DNA of 64,000 nucleotides from Chrysemys picta bellii (Eukaryota), in NCBI RefSeq assembly GCF_011386835.1, contig NC_088794.1, positions 65,596,001-65,660,000 on the forward strand. The letters are read 5' to 3'. Position 1 is the stretch's first letter; every line of letters starts with the position of its first letter. The position numbers and the translations under genes were made by a program. Positions 51,148 to 63,459 of this stretch are shown in pieces. The notes beneath the pieces were generated by a model, which was given only the letters and a program-made list of their open reading frames with translations, did no database searches and was not told where the DNA came from.

Positions 51148-51380
51148 GGTATGTCCACACGTGGCTGTGTAGTCATGGCACCAGCGCTGGGAGAGAGTTG
51201 TAAAAAACCCATCCCCACCCGGGGGGGGGTAGCTAACAGTGCTGGGAGCCGTCCCAGCACTGGTGCACTGTCTACACTGCCACTTTACAGCACTGAAACT
51301 TGCAGCACTCAGGGAGGTGTTTTTTCACACCTCTGAGTGAGAAAGTTGCAGCACTGTAAAATGGCAGTGTAGACAAGGCC
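51148..51380. mobile_element. PIF/Harbinger-type MITE
   Basis: GGTATGTCCACAC ... GCAGTGTAGACAAGGCC|TTA, with an internal second TCTACACTG end. Confidence 0.65.
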
Positions 51381-52060
51381 TTAGAAGTTGATTGAAATGT
51401 TCCTTTTCCCAGGTTTGGCAGTTCAAGTGGCATTCATGTCACTGTGTCCCTTGGGGGAAAAAAATCAAGGTGTTGTGAGAAAAATCCTGTGAACGAAGGC
51501 TGCAAAGCAAACTTGAATTTTCATTTACAATATAGTTGTATACTTCTTTTAAAGTAAAAAAGAAAAAGAGGGGGGAGGGTTGGGTGGTGTAGTAGTCGCG
51601 GTCTAGCCTCAAAAAAAGCACAGGATTGGAATAGCCGAGTAGGTAGGGACTGAGAGGCATTCGGAGAGATGGTGAGGAAAGTTGCAAAACCTGGTGCCCA
51701 AGCACAATAAATAATGCTGGCACAAATCAATGCTGCTATTTACCTCAATCTCACAAGTGCTAAATTTTCTCCTTTTTGCGGGGTGGGACAGCAGCCTGGG
51801 GAGGGGAAGAATGAAAGTAAATTATGGGGAAAGTATTTTTGAGTCTGTTTGGTTGGGAAGTTTATGAGACTCAAATCTAACTCCATCCTTAACAAAATGG
51901 ATCTTTGGAGGGTTAAAACTATGATGCAAGTTCAAACTACCTTTGGTATTAAAAGAGAATTTAGCCTAATGAGCTTGACAAACCAATGTAAACTTTGTGC
52001 TCTGTCCTTGTACATAATAGCAAAATAAAAATACCGAGGTTGCACTGGGGAGCTGGGAGT

Positions 52061-52380
52061 GTCTCAAACTTTTTCATGGTGTGGACCACATCGCAATAGA
52101 GAGTTGATCTTGTAAGTACCTCCATTCCCATTCTTGATTACACTGACTACTTCACCTACCATTGGTGGCTGAGTAGCATCTCTGTAGCAACAATGGGCCA
52201 ATTGCTCACACAGAAGAGTAATCGGGTAATATTTATTGTATATTTAGCTTTTCTTAATATGATTTAGCAGCTGGAAACAAGGAGGAGCCAGGACCATGTG
52301 ATCAGCTGACGCTACATGGACCATCAGCAAGTACTCTGTAACCATTGTTGGTACATGGAATCACAGTTTGGGAACCACTG
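52061..52380. mobile_element. Old hAT-type MITE
   Basis: AGTGTCTCAAACTTTTT...GTGGACCAC ... CACAGTTTGGGAACCACTG. Confidence 0.45.
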
Positions 52381-54632
52381 GGGTAAATCCAGGAAGTAGC
52401 AATCAGGTCATCATAAGTCTTCCCTTTGCTCTGCCCATTTGGACTGTTTGTGCAGTAAATAGTGATTTACTGTGGTTAATTTCAAATGCAAAAATGGTAC
52501 AACTTTGTACTCACCTTACTGCATAACTTTGACATCTGGTTAGCTGGTGAGAGATTGTGCTAAGGCAGAATTTTGTTTGTATCATACTACAGTTGTCCTC
52601 CCAAAGATTGTGCATGTACCCCTCACACTTGGATTGGAATTGCATTTTTACCGTCAGGTTGGGAGCTGAAAATTGAGTGGCACATGCCCAAAGTAGGATG
52701 ACATGTTAAATTCCAGTGAGGTTGCATGCCATCTAAAGCTTGAATGAGCTGAATGTGGCTAAACAACCCTAGATTCACTAAGGTCTGATGATACAAATGG
52801 CAGGTCTCCTCAGACTGAGGAATAACTAGATGGCAAGTCTGTGACTTGTGCATGCTGTGCTATGGTCATGGTTATTTATCAAAGGTCAAGGACAAAGCAA
52901 TGAACTGGCTCATATGGTTTTATATAGATTTGTTTATATACCACTGCCCTCTAGAGGAGCAATTATCGGATCTACTGTTGACTATTATATCACACGTTAG
53001 TTAGCTGGTGTACAAACTGGCTACACAGATGCTTATTTAGCTAATTTGTGTTTGGAGTGATCCTTGATGACAACTGTGGAGGGTGTACAGCCATGGAATC
53101 ATTACAGCAAGGACACAGGTACCTCTAAGAAATTCACTGTGGCCATTGATTGGTGATGATTTGGAGTACAAAGAGGCTCTCACATTGCAGAGAAAATCAG
53201 AGCAATTCCTCAGAATTAGGAACTGCATGTTAATCACTTCACCAGGAAAGACTGTTGAATGCATGAGATCTGAGAAACTTTGTCACAATGGAAAAAGGGT
53301 TTCATGATCCAGGAGAATTTGTAATAGCCTCCCCCCCCCCCTTTGTGGAGAGTGCATCTGAAAAGTGTAAGGCATTAGATTCACTTCCTTATGTGATTGA
53401 AGCAGCTGCTAGAGAGCCAGTTGCAATGTCCCCTCCCCTTTCAATGGGCACCTTTAGACAAATTTCACTTTTGACCAGTAATTTAGTACAATAGCCATAT
53501 TATGAGGCAGATTTGCTTGAGCCTTCTAACTGTTCCTGGAAGTTTAAAGAGAATGGGCCCAATCCTGCAAGTTGCTCAACATGTCCTTTGAGGAGGTAGG
53601 CCCCTTAAACTCGCTGGGAAGTCAGCAGATGTTGAGAGTACTTCCCAGCTTGTAGAATAGGGTCTGCTGCAAACAGTGACAATAGAACCTTAGTTTATAT
53701 TAATGAATGATCAAGTACTGAAGCAATTTCTAGAGCTGGGTGAATTATTCTTTGCAAATAACTTTTCTTGCCAATTTAGCCCTTTTTTCTGAAGATTGGC
53801 TCAGAAACACCCTATCTATGGGTCTATTTGTTATTTGTATTTGCTTAATAGTTTGTGTGAAAAATCTTAGCCTATTGGTTGTTTTGTGAGCTTGTTTTTC
53901 AAGGTGTGTGATTGGTCACTTAAGTTACATGGTTTTGTTTTTGTTCCATGATTAGATGACTGAAATTTTTCAAAGAAGAGAATAATGAATAACAAATAAC
54001 TTTCAGTACTAATCATTTGACCTAAAATGGTTGAACATTTCTGCTGGTACTTACTGTATGTTCTTATGGATAATGGATAATATAGCACCACCAGTAACAG
54101 CAAGCCAGCTTTGCTTTTTCTAGACATGAAAATATTTGTGAATCACTGCTTGTGTTTTTTTGACCAGGTCTAGAGACTTCACCTAGATTTTGTTTAGATG
54201 TGTTGCTTTTTGGTGCTGAAGATGTGTGGAATGTGAAAATTTGTGAAAGAAACTGGTCAGTTTTAACCATAATTCAACTTCAACTCATTTTTCAATTATT
54301 CTTATGCTATTTATTATTTGTATTATTCTAATCAAATACCAGGACCAAACTATAGAACAAAAAAATTGACCCTACTTCACAGAGGTTACAACAGTTTCAG
54401 CTAAACAACTACTGGTGCATTGAGGTGAACAAAATGTTGTCACTTAGGCCCTGATCCTCCACCATTAAAGTCAGTGGGATTGTTGCCATTGACTTCAATT
54501 AGCGTAGGATCCTGGCCTTAATGATGTGCTAGTAGCAACATTGGTCACATTGCCAGATTGCAATTGCTTGCGAAAATATAAAGAACACTACAAAAGAATA
54601 GAATTCCTGAGAGAAATAGTTCTGTGTTTAGA

Positions 54633-54800
54633 GGATAGAGTGGTTAAAGGACAGCTGTTCCCAGCTCTTTAACGGACTGGACTTTGTATCTCCTCAGGCA
54701 GGTCACTTAATTTGTGTCTCCTCATCTACAAAATAATATTGCCTGCCTCTCAGGGGCATTAGGAAGTTTAGTTATTCAGTATTTTCAAAATGCTTTATGA
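54633..54800 (+). mobile_element. MIR fragment
   Basis: TAGAGTGGTTAAAG...GGCAGGTCACTTAA...CCTCATCTACAAAAT. Confidence 0.55.
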
Positions 54801-55107
54801 TCATTTTGCTGGAAGGTCATAGAGAATTTAAAAAAAAGATACTACAGCATGGCAAAGCTGTTATGAAACTTTACCAGCCCATGAACAAAATGCTTCACTA
54901 CTCTTGCCACAATGATGATGATGATGATAATGAAAAAAACTGATACCTTATTTGCATGTCAAAAAAACCTAATTACCCTGTATGACTGAGTGGATAGAAT
55001 TTTGCAAATTTTATTATTAAAAGCAACTCCCCTTCCCAAAAAATTTACTTGTGTTGATACAATCCAATAGGATTGCTGCCAAATATCACTAACATATATT
55101 TGCATGT

Positions 55108-55835
55108 CAGTGTTGCCAACTCTTGTGATTTTATTAAGTGTCTCACAATAGCTGGTGTTGTCCTTAAAGCCCCAGCTACGAAAGGTAACTGGTTACATGA
55201 GAATTTCAGCTTTCATTTGAGAAAAAAAAGAAACAAAAATAAGTTTCTAACCTTCTTGGTTGCAAAGAAAAGCTTGAAAATGTAACCCAAGTGTCCAGGC
55301 TTATCGGCCTGGGGAAATGGACTTTAATGACTATTGCGGAATAAACTATTCTGGAGAATAGCTATAGTGATTTAGGCTTGGTCTACACTAAACCCCCAAA
55401 TCGAAGTAAGGTACGCAACTTCAGCTACGTGAATAACGTAGCTGAAGTCGACGTACCTTACTTCGAACTTACCGCGGTCCACACCCGGCAGGCAGGCTCC
55501 CCCGTCGACTCCGCGTACTCCTCGCGGCGAGCAGGATTACCGGAGTCGACGGGGAGCACTTCTGAGTTCGATTTATCGTGTCCAGACAAGACGCGATAAA
55601 TCGAACCCAGAAGTTTGATTGCCTGCCGCCGAACCAGCGCGGTAAGTATAGACAAGCCCTTAAATTCAAACCCCACTTTATTCCAGAATAACTTGCCTGT
55701 GTGACAACTGTAGAAAACCAGAAAGCAAATAAAAAGAACCAAAACATTCTTCTTAAAGATCTCATGTTTTTAAGCTAATCTTGTGATTTTTGGGGCCTGA
55801 CACATCATTTTTAAACATTTGGTGTTGGTAATATT
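55108..55835. mobile_element. hAT-like MITE containing a nested Harbinger MITE
   Basis: Ends CAGTGTTGCCAACTCTTGTGAT ... GGTGTTGGTAATATT. Confidence 0.55.
55375..55659. mobile_element. Young CpG-rich PIF/Harbinger MITE
   Basis: TTA|GGCTTGGTCTACACT ... AGTATAGACAAGCCC|TTA. CpGs are largely unmutated and there are several perfect internal hairpins. Confidence 0.88.
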
Positions 55836-58520
55836 TATGTTGGGTAAAATTCACTCCAATGCACCATTTACAACCTGGGTTAAAGGTTTAAGTAAGGTTT
55901 AATCTGTTCCTTGCCTGCATTCACTGTAATGGGGTGAAATTCACTCATTGTGGTGCCTATTTGTTCTACTGCAGGTAGGTTGTGTCATGATTTTTACATG
56001 TCTGTTGCACTGGTTGCTAAACAAGCAGATTCAGTCTTTTGTTTTAAAGCATAACCAGCAAGACAACATTTGCACTGCTTGTAACTGAATCACATAAGCG
56101 AAATTACATTGCCTGCATCTCATTTTGTATCATAAAATGTTATGGGATGCAGCTTGTTTCCCTACCCCCCCTAGAGCTTCTTATGGTGGCATTCTTTTTC
56201 CGCATTTCAAAGCTAGATTGCATCCGCTTTCTTTGTTAAGCATGGAAATAGCTGTTCTCCAATGTGTGGCAACATCTGCTATGCAAACCAAGATTTCAAT
56301 TCTGCAAAGTGTTGATTTGGAGAGCATTTGGATTTCCAAGTTTTCAAGGTCTCATGTTCTGCTGCATAACAAGCGATTGCTAATCAGGTTTGCATCATTA
56401 GTGATGACTTCTGCTTACTATGTAGTAATGCCTAAAACTATTCACATTCATGGGCATATAAAACTAACATATTGTGGTTTTTCAGCATGTTTGACTACAG
56501 AATTGACTTGTGTAGTAGAACTGCAAACATTGTCATCCAGTCTGTGGTTTTTCTAATTTTCGTTACGGGCATAAAAGTGAAGGTAAATGTATTTTCATAT
56601 TGAGTTTTCTAGAAGTGTTCCAAGGCAGATCTTTATCTTGACCATAATTCATGTTAGAATTTGATTTTTTTTGTACCTCTTTTTGAAAATAAATTATTTA
56701 GTACAGTAAGAATAATTGTCGACGGCAGAAGTCAGAAACATTTGTGATAAATTTGAATGTCCCAGATATTCCCTCTGAGGATTTCTTAATTCATTAATTT
56801 TTAAGATGGAAAATAAGATAAGCAAAAGTAAATGTTCTCAGATAACCTATAACATAGTGTGGTTGCCCACAAAACCTCTGCTTATTAACTACATTATTGA
56901 TAAAACCTCCTAATGCTACATACAGCAGTGCTTCTCATAGTGCTGTTTGCCTAAATGCAGTATGTGTTTCAAATAAACTCTATAGACAAGTTATGATAGT
57001 GATGTAACAAAAATATTAATTGGTGTCTGTTTTAAATTAATGCAGAAAATAGTTTTTATGGTGCTATAGGTACGAAAGGGGTTCAGTGACCTGTTGCATA
57101 AAAATAGTCATTGGAGAAAATGCATGACTGCATCAAAGGGAGAAGGAAAGTTTAAATAACAGCAACAAAGGTTAAAATGTCTGGGGTGTACAGTTTTGAA
57201 GTGGGGAGGTCCTGTTACTCTTTCTGGAGTTGCACTATGCAGTGCTTTATTAAAGAGGATGTCAAAATTTTGTTTCCTTAGGTAGCTTTGTCAACTTGTT
57301 AAACTGAAATAGTGTTTGTTTCTAATTCGAGTAGTGCCCCCCCGCCCCCATGGGTGCCCCACTGTGAGTGTATATGCGTCCCTGCACTTCTGATCAGGGA
57401 TTTTTGGTAGAAGTGTCTGTTTGGCGTGCCCGTGCGCTCTCCCCTCCTTGTGCTCTGCCTCCAGGCTAATTAGTGCTGCACGGACAAACCACCCTCTGCT
57501 CCTTCTTAGGTGCCTCCCCTCACCCCAGCTAGAGAGGACGCAGCGATTAGCTATCCGTTCACGGATACTTCTACTCTTTAGAAATTCATTCTTAGCTAGT
57601 TTTAGTGTTTTTCTTCTTAGTCTCATATAATTTCCTTTAGGTTTTTTCTCTTCCTGTTTAAAAAAATATATTTTTTTCTATTATCCTTCCCTCCCCCCCA
57701 GTACTGGGGATTGACCCCCAGTAAGGGGTATGCCCGGTTCTCTTGGTTTTAAGAGATGCCTCTCTTGCAAGGAGTCCATTCTGGTAACGGACAGACATTC
57801 CCGCTGTGTCCTTTGCCTCAGAGACCGCTGCATTCCACAGAAGTGTACTATCTGTCAGAAGCTAAAGACCAGACCCACCCCCATCCACCCAAAAAACCAA
57901 ACAAACCGGGAACTGAAACTACAGCAGCTCCTCATATAGGGAGCTCTTCAGCCTGCGTCTGACCTGCACCCAGAGGTCTCCCAGGCGACCTGAGTCTTCT
58001 CTGCAGCCTTCCTCCTCCAAGGCCAGTGAATCCAGGAAGAAATCCTCGGACACCCCATGTAAGACCTCCAAAAAGAAAGCTTTGAGCTCTCTGACTAAGA
58101 GGGTGGCAGATACATTAAAGATACTTCTTGAGGAGATAAGACACTCACCTTAAGCTAATGGATATTCTACATACATCCTCCTCCAGGATAGCGCTCCCCA
58201 TCAATGAGGTGCTTTTGGACTCAGCTAAGTTTATATGGCAAATGCCAGCATTGGCCATACTGATATGCAAATGGGCCGATAAAAAAATATTACGTACCTC
58301 CTAGGGAAACTGAATTTCTTTTTTCCCACCATCTGCCTATTTCCATCGTGATAGGTACAGTGAACTCCCGTAGCTAGCAACATCATTCCAAGCCCACCCC
58401 TTATGATAGGGACTGGAAGCACCTTGACCTATTTGGACGAAAGGCCTGTGCTTCTGCTACTCTGCAGTTTATAATTGCAAACTACCAGGCCTTAACTGTA
58501 AAATATAATTATATAAACTA

Positions 58521-58713
58521 CACCTCTACCCCGATATAACGCGACCCAATATAATACAAATTTGGATATAACGTGGTAAAGTGCTCTAGGGGGGGAGGGA
58601 GCTGCGCACTCCGGCGGATCAAAGCAAGTTCGATATAACGTGGTTTCACCTATAACGGAGTAAGATTTTTTGGCTCCCAAGGACAGCGTTATATCTATAT
58701 ATAGAGAGAGGTG
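58521..58713. mobile_element. Tc1/mariner (Tigger-like) MITE nested in DIRS ORF1
   Basis: TA|CACCTCTACCCCGATATAACGC ... GCGTTATATC...AGAGGTG|TA, with TA TSD. Confidence 0.85.
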
Positions 58714-59451
58714 TATACCAAATTTAACACTTTATTGACCATCTTTTAGAATCACAACCAGAACAATTTTGAGCCATTATCAACGAAGGGCAGTTAGTGG
58801 CCAAAATAGCACTTCAGAAGGCACGTGATGCATCTGAAAGAGTGGCCTTCCATCTTAAGAGCAGTCATGATGCGGCAAGAGTTGTGGTTGTATCTTTCAG
58901 GCTTCCCAAAGGAGGTGCAAGCAACTGTCAATGACCTCTCCTTCGAAGGCTCTTAAGTTGTTTGCTGAGAAGACAGATGCGTCACTCCACTCACTCAAGG
59001 ACTCCAGAGCCACACTTCGGTCACTATGCCCAGAAAAGAGAGAAAATGTAGTTCTCTGCCTTCTCACAGACCGCATAAACCGCAGTTTCCACCACAATGC
59101 TACTCTGAGCCACAGAGAAAGAAATTCAAATTCCAGAGGTTCAAACCATCAAGCCCATAATCTTTAAGATCGCAATCTGAGAGATCAAGGTCCTGAGGGA
59201 CCACTCCCTTAGACTTAGCTGCAATTCCCAATCCATTGCATCCCTTTGGATGCCAACTTTTTCCCCATTCTGCCACAATTGGGAACACATAACATCCGAC
59301 AGATGGGTTTTGGAGGTTATTACCAATGAGTATTTTATCCATTTCACTTCCCTTCCTCCCCACCCCGTTCTCCATCACTGTTCAAGGACCCTTGTCATGA
59401 GAGATTGTTGCGACAGGAGATAGATTACCTCTTCCATCCCTCTGCATCTCC

Positions 59452-60009
59452 GTGGCAAAGGTTTTTTATTCTCAATATTTCCTGATCCCCAAGAAAAAGA
59501 GAGGTTGGAGACCCATACTGGACCTCAGGGCACTGAACAAATATGTCAAGGCCCAAAAATTCATGATGGTCACACTAGCAGCTATTATTTCATCTCAGGA
59601 ACAGGGAGATTGGTTCTCGGCCCTCAACCTCCAAGATGCATATTTCCACACATCGATCCTACCGTCTCACAGACAAAGTCCCCATATTTCCTCTAGATCA
59701 GGACATTACAAGTACAGAGTATTCCCCTTTGGTCTCTTGTCGGCTCCCAGAGTATTCTCCAAGGTCCTTTCCATAGTAGTGGCTCACCTATGTACCCAGG
59801 GGATCATGATCTGCCCATACTTAGACAACTGTCTCCTGAAGGCCTGCTCCTTTGAAGAAGCCCTACCATTCACCCACAGAACTATGCATGTATTCATGAA
59901 CCTAGACCTGCACCTCAACATCCAAAAATTGAGTTTAAGTCCAGTACAATGTTTGGAGTTTATAGGAGCCAACCTTGACTCACTGCAAGCGAGGGTGCTC
60001 CTTCCATAA
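59452..60009 (+). pseudogene. DIRS reverse transcriptase remnant (YLDD changed to YLDN)
   Basis: FYSQYFLIPKKKRGWRPILDLRALNKYV...DWFSALNLQDAYFH...PFGLLSAPRVFSK...PYLDNCLLK. Confidence 0.88.
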
Positions 60010-61750
60010 CATAGATTTCACAGCCTATCCACACTTAGAGATAGTTCAAACCAGCCCTCAAACTTTGGCCAGACATTGCCATCACCTTCTGGGGCACATA
60101 ATGGCCGATATGTTCATCATATCTCATGCCAGGCTACCCATGAGGTGTTTGCAGATGTGGTTCATCTTGGTTTACAGGCTAAAGAAAGACAGGTTAGATG
60201 AACCTCTCTTGATGCCTTCCAGGGTCAGACACTCCCTGAATTGGTGGAAATACCCTGTAAAATGTGTGTAAGGGGGTCCCGTTCACTCAGCCTTCCCCCC
60301 CCCCCCAACTTTGCTTCTCAGAAAGGATGCATCCCTCTTGGATTGAGGTACACACCTCAATAATCTCATGACTCAGGGGAAATAGTCACGATATAGTACC
60401 TCCATCTGGAATTCACACACACTCCATGAGGTTGGTTTCCTCCTCTGTCACCTTCCTCAAAAATGTTACCATCTCGCAAATCTGTCAAGCAGCCACCTGG
60501 GCATCTATACATATCTTTGCAGAACACTATGTGATTACTGGGACTCTGCTTCCGACGCTAGCTTCAGCTCCGCAGTATTACCATCCATAACAGACTTGAC
60601 TCTGAAGCCCCAACCTCCCATTAGGGATACTGCTTGGGAGTCACCTACAGTGCAGCACCCATAGGGATACTACTTGAAGAAGAAGAGGAAATTACTCACC
60701 TTGTCCAGTAACGATGGTTCTTCAAGAAGTGTCTCTCCATGGGTGCTCCTCCCTCCTCCCTTCTACTTCTGAATTCTTGATATGGACTCTGAAGTAGAGA
60801 AGGAACTCAGGGTGGTTCGCCCACACAGCAATAAATAGCCTCGAAGCAGAGCACGAGAAGGGGAGAGTGCATGTGCAGGCCGAACAGACCCAGCTACCAA
60901 AGGTCTCGGATGAGAAGCACAGGGATGCACATATACCTACAGTGGTGTATCCATAGCTCTTGAAGATCCATCATTCTTCTGCACAAGTTGAGTAACCTCC
61001 TCTTCTTGAGGGGGCACAGCAATTGTCTTGTAGTTTTTTTGTCATAATCTATTTAAGTTCCATGGAAAGAGAGATGCATCTGATCGTATCTGATAACCTC
61101 TTTTTAACTGATAGTTTCCCCTGTTTTTGACATGATCTTTTAGAAATATGGAGATGTTTTTTAAAATGTGAGGAAAATCAAGTTTTAGGATTCTGCTCTG
61201 CATATCCAGAGGACATTAGAACACCCCTCAATTCCAGTCATTGAGCCATTATATTTTCTTGTACTTGGGATCTAATTCTATCCGAGGATGTGTTTCAGTG
61301 GTAATCATGTACATCTAAGACCAGGTATGAGCCTTAAGAGGGCTACTACAATAGACCTCTAAAAAGGTAAGGGGGGTAAGGACAGCATCAAAATTAGGCG
61401 TGTTAAAACTTAAAGGCCAAATTCTACAATTGCATTTATGTGGCCCTACTGAGGTCATTGTGGGGTGGCACAAACAAGAGCAGAATTCGTCTCTAACCTT
61501 TTCTTCCTACTTTAAAATATGTTATATGGAACAAATACACATTTTTACTGAAATTATGAGTCTGATTCTGATCTCACACCTGTCTAAATCTAGAATAACT
61601 GCATTGGCTATAGTGGAGTTATTCCAAATTTATGCTGGTGTAAATGGCATTAGAAACAGACCCAATATAATTAGTACTAGTGTGAATTAGCGTAAGTAAG
61701 TTAGGCCAGTTGTGTTACGATAGAGCATGTAAAAGTTTTTATGGTGTCAG

Positions 61751-62551
61751 CTACATTATGATCTGAGATTTTCAAGTAAAAAATGTTTCAGATCTGACCC
61801 TGGGCATCAGCAATCTCACTATCCTTCTGCCAAATAAAATACATTTAAAGTAATGAAGCACTTTTAAAAAAACTTGCATTTTCTAAAATTTTGCCACTCG
61901 GTTTCATATTTCACATATACTTCAGATACAGTCACATGGTTTCTGACCCACTCCTATGAGTAAACAAGAAGTTTTCTGCAGGGAGAGATGTTTAATATAC
62001 AGTTCTATGTAGAGCAGGGGTCGGCAACGTTCAGCACGCGGCTGGGCCAGTTTTATTTACCTGCTGACGCGGCAGGTTTGGCCGATCGCGGTCCCCACTG
62101 GCCGCGGTTCGCCATCCTGGGCCAATGGGGGCGGCGAGGGCGAGTGATGTGCTGGCCGCGGCTTCTCGCCGCCCCCATTGGCCCGGGACGGCGAACTGCG
62201 GCCAGTGGGGGCCGCGATCGGCCGAACCTGCCGCGTCAGCAGGTAAATAAAACTGGCTCGGCCGTGTGCTGAACGTTGCCGACCCCTGCTCTACATAGAA
62301 CTGTATATTAAACATCTCTCCCTGCAGAAAACTTCTTGTTTACTCATAGGAGTGGGTCAGAAACCATGTGACTGTATCTGAAGTATATGTGAAATATGAA
62401 ACCGAGTGGCAAAATTTTAGAAAATGCAAGTTTTTTTAAAAGTGCTTCATTACTTTAAATGTATTTATTTGGCAGAAGGATAGTGAGATTGCTGGTGCCC
62501 AGGGTCAGATCTGAAACATTTTTTACTTGAAAATCTCAGATCATAATGTAG
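61751..62551. repeat. 801-bp near-perfect inverted repeat (MITE plus inverted-duplicated 264/263-bp flanks)
   Basis: 61751-62014 is the reverse complement of 62289-62551, with one substitution and one homopolymer indel by my reading. Confidence 0.95.
62015..62288. mobile_element. Palindromic GC-rich hAT MITE
   Basis: CAGGGGTCGGCAAC ... GTTGCCGACCCCTG; almost fully self-complementary. Confidence 0.9.
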
Positions 62552-63004
62552 GTTAGGAGAAACCTTGTATCCCAGTCAAGATAGGTTTCCACTAGATGCT
62601 GCATCCCACACCAAATCTGACCAGGCAGATAAGTTGTGTTTTGAACATGTAGCTTCTTAATGCATTGTGTACTTGTTCTGAGTCACACAAATTGAATCTG
62701 TTGATAATGGACAGTTTAAGCCCGTTTAATTCCTTAAAATAATATCACATGCTGTATGAATAATAGGAAATTTTGTTCCCTCCCCCTTACCTGTCTGCTC
62801 ATGGGTCCTCCACTAGCATCAGTGGGAATTCTGCATGCACATTGATGGCAATATGTGGCCCTTAATACAAATGGAAATCACTGGGTTTGTCCAGGATAAT
62901 TCATCCTTGCTTTGAACAGGTTTTTGGCCCCAGCTCAATCCCCCATGGAAGTAGTCTCGGTCATAAAGCATATCAGCACACATTCACATAATTAGCAGTT
63001 ACTG

Positions 63005-63120
63005 GGTATGTCTACACTGCAAAAACAAACAGACAAACAAACCCATGTCAGCGAGTCTCAGAGCCCAGGACAACTGATTTGGGTTCGCACCAAAAGTCTA
63101 AAAATGGCAGGGTAGACGTT
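63005..63120. mobile_element. Harbinger-like MITE fragment
   Basis: GGGTATGTCTACACTGC ... GGCAGGGTAGACGTT. Confidence 0.5.
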
Positions 63121-63459
63121 CCTGCTGGAGCATTAACCACTCTGGGAGTACGTTCATCACTTTTATAACTCTCAGGCATTCAGCTGAAATAGTTGGAGCT
63201 ACACCAGGGATGAATTTGGCATCCTCCTTCTAAAGGGTTAAAAACATGGCTGTCTCAACTTTCAGTGCCCTTAAATGGGCATCTGAATGATCTGCAAAGA
63301 TGTGAATTTAGGATTCCAGGACATATGACCAAAATAGATTTAGGGAGGCAGTGTGCCTACTGGTTATAGCAGGGGTCTAAGGATTTGTCTAACCTAGAAA
63401 GGGTTAGACAAACCCTCCTAGTGGAGACATCATTTGTACCAGCAGATGTGCTTTTGCTG

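Larger units (their letters stand above)
57320..61007 (+). mobile_element. DIRS1-type retrotransposon with both inverted terminal repeats and the internal complementary region, internally deleted
   Basis: Left ITR (about 57345-57510) is the inverted match of about 60790-60955. The ICR (about 60645-60770) is complementary to both termini. ORF1 motif GFKRCLSC...DRHSRCVLCL...CTIC, RT ORF at 59452-60009, and tyrosine recombinase C-terminus HSMR...ICQAATWASIHIFAEHY at about 60420-60530. Confidence 0.92.

Noticed and set aside
56125-56556. 143-aa intronic ORF starting at TTG
   Set aside because: No domain similarity, no splice-site support, and no resemblance to the next MPPED2 exon.
61988-62315. 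Two near-identical 94-aa ORFs on opposite strands
   Set aside because: They are a by-product of the palindrome and GC-rich MITE; there are no protein motifs.
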